DNA of 58,479 nt, the filler included, from Piptocephalis cylindrospora (lineage: Eukaryota): NCBI GenBank assembly GCA_003614145.1. It is 7 parts of 7 records of this genome, joined end to end, with 100 filler letters (N's around TTAATTAATTAA, not from the genome) between each part and the next. Parts side by side here need not be neighbours in the genome. Positions count along the whole stretch, not along the records: positions 8,391 to 16,664 come from KZ988155.1; positions 16,765 to 25,036 come from KZ988156.1; 5 more parts are not named here. One strand, written 5' to 3'. A program made the translations under genes and the position numbers. The notes beneath the pieces are model-generated. The model saw only the letters and a list, made by a program, of their open reading frames with translations. It was not told where the DNA came from and searched no databases. Position 1 is the stretch's first letter, and each line of letters begins with the position of its first letter. Shown in pieces: positions 11,218 through 21,850 of this stretch.

Positions 11218-13783
11218 CAAGGGTGAGTAAGTGAAAAGAGGGAGAATGGGGAAGATAAAGAAGGGATAGAACCAAAAGAGGCCGAGGGAATAAAGGTGTT
11301 GAGTGTGAAGTGGAATGAAATGGAATGGAATGAAGAGGGAGCGGAAAGGGATAGAAGCAGACGAGGAGCTAGGTAAAGAACCAAGAGCAAGTTGAGTACG
11401 TTAGGTGAAAGAAAAAATAAAAAAAGAAGATCGAGGAAATGATCAAAGGCGTCAAGGCAAGATTGGATGGTAGTGAACGTAGAGGTCAAGCGTGAACAAA
11501 AGACGTAAGCGTCAAAGGCGATTATGGACTCGGTGGATCCAAGGATGGACCACAGTGGACGTAAGGGGCCTGGAGAGAGAAGATGGGAGAGGAGGAGGGA
11601 GGAACAGCAGACGGCCATGATGAAGAGGAAGTGGAGCTATGGGATTTATACCCTCTCTCTTTGTACCAGGATAGAGAAGGAAATGTGTTTTTGTGTATGC
11701 ACTCCTTCATCACGACTATTCGGCTCATGTCCAGAATGCGCTGGTATGGACAACGTTGCAATCCCTCCTTGAGATGGCTTAGCGGGGCTGATCACCATGG
11801 AGCGAACGATAATCTGCCTCCCCGAGACCGCTTTGCCTCCCCCTCCCCCCCCCTCTTCTCTTCACATCCCATCGAGGGAGGATTGGAAGATAGCATGCAT
11901 CATTACCAGGTCAGTGAAGGATGGGGGGATGATGATGTGGTCATCTTTCTGAGGTTGAATGAGGCATCTTCCTCGATGTTTGTGAGGAGAGGGTGTGCCC
12001 TTGTCTCCGAGGCAGTCTGAGGAGGAGGAGGACGCAGAGTCGTCGAGCCTTGGCAAGCCCACAGCCAATCCCGAGTTGAATGGGTTTTAGGGGAGAGACG
12101 GGCTGGGCTGGGCGGCATTCAACATCTGGCCCTCCCTATCGCTGGAACACCATCGCCTCCATATGAGGACCCTGCCCCTCCCTCCATTGCTCTTGGGCAA
12201 AGAATCCTCTCTCCAGCGATATGTGTGTGGCCACAAAGTCCTCCACCACCATCCCTAACATTTGCGTATGGTGCATAACTGCAATGCTCGGAGTATGGTG
12301 CAGCATGAGTCCATCTAGGTTTTGGGTGTGTCGTGGCGGGCGGTCAAATCAGGCCTAGGTCGGAGAGTAAAAGGCCAATGTGTTACAGAGTATGGCTTGG
12401 TGGGACAAGGTCAACTCCGATAGTCCTCTGGGGCACTCTTATCCACTCCAAACGGAGCTGGGAGGGAAAATCCATATCCGACTTACTTTTGCTCAGGCAT
12501 TAGAACAGAGGAAATGGAGCTTCCTCTAAGGACTTCCACGCCATGCTCTATTTTCATGGCAATGACGGTCGGGCAGGGATAAAGTGTATCCCCTCAAAGC
12601 TGTATACATTGATCATCGGGGATGACTAGGGATGGAAGATGACATTCATCGTGATGTGCCATGCTTTAAGAAAGCTCATGCTTTAAGCTTTACCTCCCAG
12701 CTGAGGGTGTGGATGTGACTCCACCCTCCCTCCAGATTCATAGAGCTTTAGAGTGTTACTGAGTTGGGTGGTGACTAGAATAGGGCCTTCTATACTCCTC
12801 TGATAGGAAGGATCGCACTATCGGAGGTAGTACTTTCCATGCTCGTTGCCACCATCTGCAGATCCATAATGAAGAGGGAGAGCCCGCTCTCTATCCCCAC
12901 TTTCTCCCCAGCTTGCCAAGCCTTACACGCACGCCAAGAGCCTCCTCCTACTCCTCTTGTACCACCCCACACGACCAATCCCTTGCTGGAGGTGATAAAT
13001 CTGAGTAAACCCGCGTAAGGAGAGGGTATCCGACACGAATGAGTTTGGATACATCCTTGTCCATCCAGATCAAATGTGCTATTATTGCCATCACTCTTTC
13101 CTCTTTTTCTCCTCTCCCCTCCCTTTGAGTCTTTCCCAACCTCGAATGGCCTTGAAATCATCCCATCCTTCCGTCTGTTCCTAATAATACCAATAATAAT
13201 AATAATAATAGTCATACTCTTTTTCAGTATCTCCGAGAGATAAACGTGTACATCCTGCTCTCCTTGCACCTTTCTTCTTTGCACTTCTTTTTACCCTTAC
13301 ACGCACTAAGGATTCTAATTCTCAAGACCCAGGCATACCCTGGGATTCCTCCCTGTTCATGCCCCTGGTCCCTACCTGGTACATGCCCCCCTCCTTTGGC
13401 CAATCGGGAAAGGAGAAAGGGAAGAGCGGGGTTGTGCCTTGGTCAGGTTAGATGGTGGTCAGCCCCATTCTCATCGCGGCCCCAACCCTACTTACTGCAA
13501 CTGTCCCGCTCCTCTCCCACAGTCCCAAAGGCGACGGGAGGCATGGGCACTTCCCCTTCAGTAGGAGGAAGGCTGGAGGGATGGTGCGCGCCCATGCAAC
13601 TCTGCCGTGTTACTGTGTGTGATCCTGTAAATCGACTCCTCCCCTCCCCAAAACACACTACCTTAACCACCTCTTTTCTGATCGGCGGCCATTCGACCCT
13701 TCATCCCCCTTCTCTTCCTCTCTCCCTTCCTCTATACCCACATAAACCCTCTTCTTCCAGAGCTCTTCACCAACTCACCGATC

Positions 13784-16504
13784 ATGAATCCAGGCCATCC
13801 TCAGGGAGGACCCATCAAGAGAAAGAAGATCCGGACCCCAAAGTACTCCTACTCTGGGTTGGATGGGGTACCAGGCCTGGCCGCAGGGACCTCCCGTGGC
13901 TATGGTCACCAGCCCCAAACAGCCGCTCCCGTCGATCCATTCCCCCCGTTGTGGAACAAGCTGGATGGGGCCATCCGTGCCATCTATGGCCACAACGCGG
14001 TTAGCCTATCCTTTGAGGAGTTGTACCGGACGGCCTATCACCTCGTCTCCCGACAATGTGGCACCCGTCTCTACACCGCTGTCAAGGGGGCCCTGGCAGC
14101 CCAACTGGATCGCATGGTCCTGGCCTTCCTCGTCCCCCTCCCACCATACACGGGGGAGGAGGCCCCGGCCGAGGAGTTGATTCAATGGTTGGAAGTCTTG
14201 GTTAACCTCTGGAAAGAGCACACCGTCTGTCTTCGCATGATCCAAGACGTCCTCATGTACCTCGACCGCCACCACATCCCCAAATCCTCTCCGGCTGCCC
14301 ATGTCGACGGAGATGGGGAGGCATTGATGGGATTATGGCCCTTGGGTATTCAAATGTTCCTCCGTCACGTTCTTCGTTCTCCCCACCTTCCTGTCTTGGT
14401 CAGGACGGTGGACGTTCTCCTTGAATTAATTCGACGGGATAGAGAACAAGGAACCTCCCAGCCCTCAACCCATCAAAGTCTCCTAGCCCAGGTCACCGAC
14501 ATGCTTCTCTCTCTGCCCTCTCCTGGCCCCTCATCCGGCTCTTCCACAGGGTCCACAACATACCACAATGATTTTGAACCGGCCCACCTGGCCGCTACTC
14601 AGACGTACTACCAAGTCATGTCGGAAAAGGCTCTTGCCACTTCCACAGCCGGGGAGTATTTGAAACAAACGGAGCAGTGGCTCACCATGGAAGACATCAA
14701 GGGAGCCACCTGGATTAGGGAATCCACCCGCCAATCCACCCTGGATCGCGTCAGAGATGCGTGTCTAGGTGGGGATATGGGTCAGCGGGTCATCGCCATG
14801 TCTGGGAGCGGTCTAGCCGAACTATTGGACCTAAAGGGCTATCAGGGTAAGCGATGGTGGTTGATTAGACACGTAGAATATACCCCTTCCTACTCACTTA
14901 TACTCCCATCCTCACTCATAGATCTCGAGAGAATGTACCGACTACTACAGAGGGTAGAGAGAGGGCATGAAAGGATGAGACAGGCCCTAAAGAATAGGCT
15001 GATTTCCCTAGGAAAAGATATCAATGCTGCGGTTCTAACCACGAGTAAAGGGAGACGTTCATCCTCCGCCCAACCTGCTCCCTCCTCCACTCCCTCTCCT
15101 ATGGTAATGGGAGCCGCTGAGTCAGTGCAATGGGTGGTGAGGCTACGGGAGCTCAAGGATAGAGTGGATACATGCATTCTCCGGTCCTTTGGTCAAGGGG
15201 ACGTCACTTTTAAAGATGCCGTCAATGAAGCCTTTGTCACTATTGTCAATGACTTCCCCACGGCCCCGGAATCCCTCTCAGCCTATGTGGATGACTATCT
15301 CAAACGGGGCGGAAAAAGATCAAGACGGACAGACAAGGAGGGGTCAGATGCCCTTGGTGGGGGGGATGAGGAGGAGACTGAAGTCTTCCTCGATGGGGTC
15401 ATTGGGATCTTCCGCTTCATCCGAGAAAAGGACATCTTTGAGGCCCACTATAAAACCCACCTTTCCCGTCGTCTTCTACATCCACACCATCATCGCTCCC
15501 TCTCCGAGGATACCGAAAGGGCCATGTTGGCGAAATTCAAAGTCGATTGCGGCCACCACTTTACCCAAAAGATGGAGGGCATGCTCAATGATGTCCAGGT
15601 CAGCGAAGAGCTGATGCGGTCCTGGAGGAAGGAGTGCGGTATAGACACTGGCATGGACATGACCGTTCAGGTCCTCACCCGCACTTGTTGGCCCTTCCCT
15701 GCCCCCTCTACCCGCCGGGATTCGAATCAGGAAGAAGGATCCGGGCCCGTTGGGGTCATCTGGCCTGAAGTTCTTATGAAAGCCAGGAGCGCCTTTGAAG
15801 GTTTCTACGCTTCTCGTCACACCGGTCGGCGTCTGACCTGGCAGGAGGGCCAGGGCGCCGCTGAGATCCGTGCTCTCTTTCCCCCAAAGCCCTCAGAGGC
15901 CGGTAAGCCTAGGCGGTATGACCTCATGGTCTCTACCCTCTGCATGCTGGTCCTTCTCTGCTTCAACTCCTCTCCCTCCTCCTCCGCCGTATCTTCTGAG
16001 GAAGATACGGCGGAGGAGGAGGAGACGGTGCTAAAGACCAATGATCTTCTCCAGCTCACTGGCCTGGCCGAGGAAGACCTTAAACGAACCCTGCAATCCT
16101 TGGCCTGTGGCAAGTATCGTGTCTTGCAAAAGTCCCCAAAGGGCAAGGAGGTAGAAATGGATGATGAATTCCGCATCAATACCTCCTTCACCGCCCCCAC
16201 AGTCCGTGTGAGGATTCAACAGGTTATGGCTCCCAAGATCTCCGCTTCCATAGCCGAGGCCAGGGAGACGAGAAAGGAGGTGGTCGAGTCCCGTAGGGTT
16301 CAGATGGATGCTGCCATTGTCCGGTTAATGAAAGCCCGGCAACGCATGTCCCACACTGATCTAGTTCTCGAATTAACCCAGGCCCTGGCCTCTCGCTTTC
16401 TCGTCGACCCTCAGGAGGTGAAGCGACGGGTCGAGGTCCTTATCGAACGTGACTTTCTCGAACGGAGTCCCAATGATCAACGAGTGTATCAGTATGTGGC
16501 ATGA
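13784..16504 (+). CDS. CUL3: Cullin-3
   Basis: SLSFEELYRTAYHLV, DVLMYLDR, EKDIFEAHYKTHLSRRLL, FYASRHTGRRLTWQ, neddylation motif AAIVRLMKARQRMSH, LIERDFLER. Probable in-frame 75-nt intron at 14847-14921. Confidence 0.93.
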   Translation: MNPGHPQGGPIKRKKIRTPKYSYSGLDGVPGLAAGTSRGYGHQPQTAAPVDPFPPLWNKLDGAIRAIYGHNAVSLSFEELYRTAYHLVSRQCGTRLYTAVKGALAAQLDRMVLAFLVPLPPYTGEEAPAEELIQWLEVLVNLWKEHTVCLRMIQDVLMYLDRHHIPKSSPAAHVDGDGEALMGLWPLGIQMFLRHVLRSPHLPVLVRTVDVLLELIRRDREQGTSQPSTHQSLLAQVTDMLLSLPSPGPSSGSSTGSTTYHNDFEPAHLAATQTYYQVMSEKALATSTAGEYLKQTEQWLTMEDIKGATWIRESTRQSTLDRVRDACLGGDMGQRVIAMSGSGLAELLDLKGYQGKRWWLIRHVEYTPSYSLILPSSLIDLERMYRLLQRVERGHERMRQALKNRLISLGKDINAAVLTTSKGRRSSSAQPAPSSTPSPMVMGAAESVQWVVRLRELKDRVDTCILRSFGQGDVTFKDAVNEAFVTIVNDFPTAPESLSAYVDDYLKRGGKRSRRTDKEGSDALGGGDEEETEVFLDGVIGIFRFIREKDIFEAHYKTHLSRRLLHPHHHRSLSEDTERAMLAKFKVDCGHHFTQKMEGMLNDVQVSEELMRSWRKECGIDTGMDMTVQVLTRTCWPFPAPSTRRDSNQEEGSGPVGVIWPEVLMKARSAFEGFYASRHTGRRLTWQEGQGAAEIRALFPPKPSEAGKPRRYDLMVSTLCMLVLLCFNSSPSSSAVSSEEDTAEEEETVLKTNDLLQLTGLAEEDLKRTLQSLACGKYRVLQKSPKGKEVEMDDEFRINTSFTAPTVRVRIQQVMAPKISASIAEARETRKEVVESRRVQMDAAIVRLMKARQRMSHTDLVLELTQALASRFLVDPQEVKRRVEVLIERDFLERSPNDQRVYQYVA

Positions 16505-16664
16505 GCGCTTCCTGAAAGGGGGAACGGGGGGGGGGGGGGGTTTGCCTTGTGGGGAAAAGAAATTCCCAACTGAAAGTTAAAGAAATAAAAAGGGGGGTAT
16601 ATTTTTTGAACAGGTTTCATCAATTCAACAATGAAAAGATAACATGATGAAAATAATAACAACA

Positions 16665-16764
16665 NNNNNNNNNNNNNNNNNNNNNNNNNNNNNNNNNNNN
16701 NNNNNNNNTTAATTAATTAANNNNNNNNNNNNNNNNNNNNNNNNNNNNNNNNNNNNNNNNNNNN
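16665..16764. other. Artificial contig spacer
   Basis: N44-TTAATTAATTAA-N44. Confidence 0.98.
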
Positions 16765-17461
16765 TTCAAGAGGAATTCACAGCATAACAATGTCCGTGTG
16801 GAGCGTGGTTCATTGGAGTGTGGGAGAGACGTGTGGGCGGCCGCTCTACATGTACATCCCTCCTTCAGCATGGGGAAGGTTGCTCACTAGCCTGCACAGT
16901 AGCAGACATTGGTTCAAATCCCTTTTGGGTGGGGGAGAAAGGAAGGGAGCCTACAAAGACCATCCCCACTCGGCAAGTTGCACTTCCGACCTCTGCAGCT
17001 GGGGAAATGGGGTAATGCTACATGCATTCTTGTGCCAGGTCAGATTGTCATACTGGCGTTACAACGAAAGGTCGGTGGTCCCCATTGTATACAGCTTTTT
17101 AAAATAGTTATTTCTGGCGAAAAATCATGAAATTAGAACCATGATCGTCCTTGAGGTGATCACCTCTCCCCGTAAGATACGTCGCGTATCCATAGAGAAA
17201 ACAATGGACCTCTCCTGGAAAGGAGGCGAGTACTGATCTCTCCTCCAAAGCCGCGAGACGCGTGTCCTGGCTGTATGCGGAAAGAGGAGCGCGCCCACTC
17301 AGAACCCATACACTCTCCTCGCTCTCCTCAGCAGTGAGAAGCACACATATACGCCGTATACGCACACATAGACCAGCACACACATCTACAAAGGTTCCTC
17401 CACTACGGCACATCCATCCATCCCCGCCACATCCTTTCTTTTTTTCCTTCCTTCTTCCTAA

Positions 17462-17487
17462 CCATCCATCCATCCATCCATCCATCC
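17462..17487 (+). repeat. (CCAT)n microsatellite
   Basis: About 6 copies of ccat. Confidence 0.8.
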
Positions 17488-18239
17488 TTGTATAGAGATA
17501 GGATTCTAGCGAAATAGAAAAAAAGGTCCTCTAACACCCCCCCCCCCCCCCTCTCATCATGTATTCCGAGTGTCGGTTACCACCCTCCCTTCCGAGATGG
17601 GATGGTATGGGAATGGATGGACCGTGATGTGGACTCGCCTGCGTGCTCCCAGTCCTCCATCCCTTACCCATTGGTCAGTCAGAGCATGGACTTGGAGTGG
17701 GGGGAGGGCAGTGGGGAGAGGGTGGTGGAGGGAAGTAGAGGTGTCGTGGGAGCCTGGCTCCTCTGGAGCCTACCCCCTCTTCGCCTAGACTTCCCTCCAC
17801 CACCCTCTCCCCACTGCCCTTCCATACACCCCACTCCTTACCTCATAGTCCTTGTCTCGTTACACCGATGGGAGAGCAATGTCGGGGTCGGTGTGAGCCC
17901 TTGGGACTCCTCGTCTTGAGGACCCCTTGGATCACTCCGCCTTCCTCGCGAGTTAGGCGAGAGTTGGGTGAAGTCTGTGGCCAGGGCCGGGGGACTAGTG
18001 AGTGGTGGTGGCGAGATGACAGGGTGTATAAGGGGGTGGTAAGGATCAGATTCATCTCTTCCTTACCCCCCCTCATCCTCCCTTTCACCTTCTCTCTGCC
18101 TCTCCCCCCCATCTTCCCTTGCCATCAAACCAGATCCCCCGTAGTGCCATGAACATACATATTTATTCCATTTGATTGAAACAGCCCATGAATATATCTT
18201 CTTTTTTAACACCAGCATCATCATGACCTATACAATACT

Positions 18240-19173
18240 CTATCGGAATAATGGCCTCTTTGACCCATCCCCTGTTCCTCGGGGCATCTTACCCTGCTGT
18301 TCCTGGTAGAGAATGTACGCTTCGCGTAGGTGCTCAGGCCTCAGTGGTTGTCCCTCCCGATCTCCCCATTGCGTCTGCACGCGTCGAGCTATCATGATGG
18401 ACCGTCAGCATAGCTGTCCATCCCCCCTCCATAAACACAAGATCCTTACCAAGCTCAATGATTTCCCCGACAAATACTTTGGCCATCCCGGCCACCACGA
18501 CTGCAAACTCGGTCTTGACTTGTCCAGTAAACGCGGGAGCCATCAGCTGCTTAATGTGCTTCTTGCTCAGTACTGTACTGCGATATACTTCGTACCGTTT
18601 CCTTTGTTCCGGATTGAACTGGTCCAGCAACGCTCTAATAACATGGTCAAAGGAAAGGAGCACCATTACACTTCCTATCCATCCGTATCAAGTCAGGTCT
18701 CTCACTTACCGCAAATGCAACTTGGCTTCCTCACCCGTGGGCCGCGATGGCTCAACCTCTTCGTCTTCTTCCTTCTCTTCGTCTTCTTCCTCATCATTCA
18801 TATCATCCGAGAAGAGCATATCTTCCTCCTCTCCTCCCTCTGGCTCAGCCCCCCTCGGCTCCTCTTCCCCTCCGTGAACCTCCCCCTCGGCCATCAACTC
18901 TCTCAGCTCATCCCCCCAACCCTCACTCCCTAGCCCACCCAGACCCCCAAAAAACATAGGCGCCCCACCAAATCCCCCTCCCCCTCCTCCCCCCGGGGAA
19001 AAAGGAGTTTGGGGCTGGGTAGACGGGGTCGTCGGCACCGAGTCCTCCAATCCCACACTGCCCCTAGACGAGTGTGAAGCCCCAGATACAGGCCCTGCCT
19101 CATCTGTCACTGGTTCCAGCGCATCCAAGTCCACGTCGAGATCCGAGAGATCGTCTTCTTCATTGCGGGACAT
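18240..19173 (-). CDS. TAF11: TFIID subunit TAF11 (histone fold), 3 exons
   Basis: Acidic N-terminus from ATG 19173; LLDQFNPEQRKRYEVYRSTVLSKKHIKQL, VVAGMAKVFVGEIIEL / ARRVQTQWGD..PLRPEHLREAY; stop TAG at 18240. Confidence 0.92.
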
Positions 19174-19504
19174 ACTGAGTTGGGAGTTGAGATGAATAGA
19201 GAAGAGAGGGACTTTGTATTGAATCACAGCCTCACAAAGATGTATGTGTGCGTATCCCCTAATGGCCTGTCATTTCACTCATCGTCTGATATACATGGTA
19301 TGTGTGTACAGTGCGGCGGAGTCATCATTTATTCTCCACTCAACAGAGAACGTCTCCTTTGTACAGGAGGGTTCCGTTTCCAGATTGCTCAGCCAAATCA
19401 AAACAAAAAAAAGGCCCTTCACTCACCAAGAATATATTGAGTCAGGACAGATTGTTTGGACAGGGACAGGTTCAGATGTAAGCGTTCAAAAGAGCTCTTT
19501 CTCC

Positions 19505-20564
19505 CCCCTAACCGAATGTCAGAAACTGGGATGACAAAAAGCATAGCTCTATCCTGGGAGGAGCCAATATAACCAGAATGGCCAGTGAAAGGGCAATGGT
19601 ACCATAGGGATAGTGAAGATGAGCAACCCTATCAAAGGTGTGAGTTAATTGAACGCAGATCCGTTAAGAGAGGATCTATCATTTGAAGAGTAAATGGAAC
19701 CAAGATGATCATGGGAGGGTCCAGTATTTGAAGAGCGAATGAAGCCAAAATGACGATGGGGGGATCTGAGATGATGCAAGGACTGACCACTTATCCAGGT
19801 TGTGAAGAACCGACTCACGGATCAGAGGTGTCATCCTTGGTATTTCCACCTTTCAGGCGAGAAGATCATGGAGACTTTTCTGAGATCCCTCGCGAGTCGA
19901 TCCGTCACGCGTAAAGGGAAGACCTGGAACTTTGTACGCGGATATTAGACTAAGCAGGTAGGTTCTAGACGGCTCCAGAAAAATGCACCATTTATCTTCG
20001 AAGATATCCACATCGAGGATCTGGATCACATGGTTGGGCTCCTCAGTAAAAGCTGCGATATTATATCTCAGAGCCTTCAAAAAACCTTCTTGATGCTCGA
20101 TTTCGGATTTAATAGAGTGCTTGGGATATCCGCTAATATCAAGCTTGATGTATTTCTTACTCGGCCGCAGTACTTGCCTCAAGTAAGTAGGTTTTTTACG
20201 GAATTGGTTGAAGGCCAGGAGCGTATTCTTGCTCTCTTACTTTCGCTTCTTGAGCACGGCAACCTCCACGTACCCCCATAGAGCAATCATCCCAGTGCTT
20301 CCGACTGTTCAAATCCTTCTTCGCATCCTTGGGAAGATACGGGATGAGCCCGGGCCCTTTGCCGGCCAGAAAGGCAGCGGGGAGGGAAAAGTCCCCACAT
20401 GCTTTTTTTCTTTATTATACAGTACCCAAGGAGTGTAGATCCGTGGTAGAAGATGCAATAATGGTATTGGGGAGGATGGCGAGAAAAAGAAGAAGGGATG
20501 GGACCAGAGAAGAAATCACCTTGATCGAGCGGGAAGAATTGTCAGGAGAGTGAGAAAAGTGCAT
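19505..20564 (-). pseudogene. Interrupted ORF cluster: signal-peptide-like start plus decayed protein-kinase-like segments
   Basis: Fragments LWGYVEVAVL, KYIKLD, IKSEIEHQ, NHVIQILDVDIFEDKWCIFLEP..YLLSLI, THTFDRVAHLH and FLTFG, separated by stops and frameshifts. Weak similarity judged by eye. Confidence 0.3.
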
Positions 20565-21440
20565 AATGAAAGAATTTGGATAGATAAGAGTACCTGAATC
20601 AAGTAGGATGTAGCTGGATAGAGCAAAAGACGTAACACTTAACGATGGAAACGGGAGGAACTCTCTTTTTCTAGGAGGAGAGGGGACAATGACACCTCCT
20701 TTTATAGCCATTGCCATCACCCAAAGCCTCCTTTCCGATAGTCCCATTCTTGTTGCTTTTGTCGGAGTAAGAAAGCATGACTGGCCCCAATTCATCCCTC
20801 GCCCTTTCACCTTTCACCACCAATAAGGCAAGCACCAACGAGCGGACTTGCAGGTGAAATGTCATCCTAACCTGATCCCCTTGATCAAGAGGTAAGCATA
20901 TTGGTTGAGCGAGCCTTGATTGTCCAGTGTCACACCAATTCAATCAGATACTTCGTAAAAGTCAGCTCATTAAAAGCGGATTTAGAGGTGTCCCCGATCA
21001 TACTGTTAATCCAATGTTAACCAACTAAAATAGTATCCATTGAGAATAAGCCTTGCATGACTCGGCCTAGCAACCAAGCACGCTCACTAAGCATGAAGCT
21101 CCCCCTCCCCTTCCCCCCACTCATCCCACTCGCCCCACCCCAAAGACGCTCCTCCACACTAGACAAGGACCCAGAGAGGATGTGGAGAAAGGATGCTGAG
21201 AGAATCCCATTATTATCCTGGACAGCGTCGACTTGGATGCCAAGGTCAAGCCTCCTCTCCTTCCCTCCCCCTGTCCCCGTCTAGGCCCTCGGCAGTACCA
21301 TTCGATCCATCGAGGGGATCCAGGAACAGGTGGCATGATGAGCGCAGGGGGTTGGGAAGGTGCAGGTGCGATGGCGTATCTAGTATGATTAATATGATTA
21401 GGGGTTAATCCAAGATACATGACAGAGGATAATACAAAAA

Positions 21441-21509
21441 AGAGGATAGAGGATAGAATGTAGAGGATAGAGGATAGAGAATAGAATGTAGAGGATAGAG
21501 GATAGAGGA
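21441..21509 (+). repeat. (AGAGGAT)n heptamer minisatellite
   Basis: About 10 degenerate copies of agaggat/agaatgt. Confidence 0.8.
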
Positions 21510-21850
21510 AAAGGACGGCTCTATAGAAAGACACATGTACTATCTCTACATATCCTATACTAGATTCACATGTTTTGGTAAAGTGGGGAAAAGCTCTTCC
21601 CAGGTGTCTCATCATTACACCATCTCTAAAGAGGGTCGATCCCCCTCTTTACCGCCTTGTCATATCAGACAAGAATCCCTGGACCATTGTTACCTCCATA
21701 CCATATCAAATATGGTCATGCATTTTTAGTTCGCCCTCCTTCTCAGAAGCATTATTGACCATATTCAAGGAAAACAACAACTACAATAGCCGCCATCATC
21801 ATACCGTCATCATTATGGCAAAAAGCGCTATATATTATCCTTCCTCCTCT

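Noticed and set aside
11220..13780. 2.5-kb gap between HAK1 and CUL3 as a hidden gene or ncRNA
   Set aside because: I could not build a spliced ORF or recognise an RNA motif; treated as divergent promoter/UTR, though a small gene cannot be excluded.
16765..18200. Short ORFs at the start of contig 3
   Set aside because: Low-complexity translations without recognisable domains.
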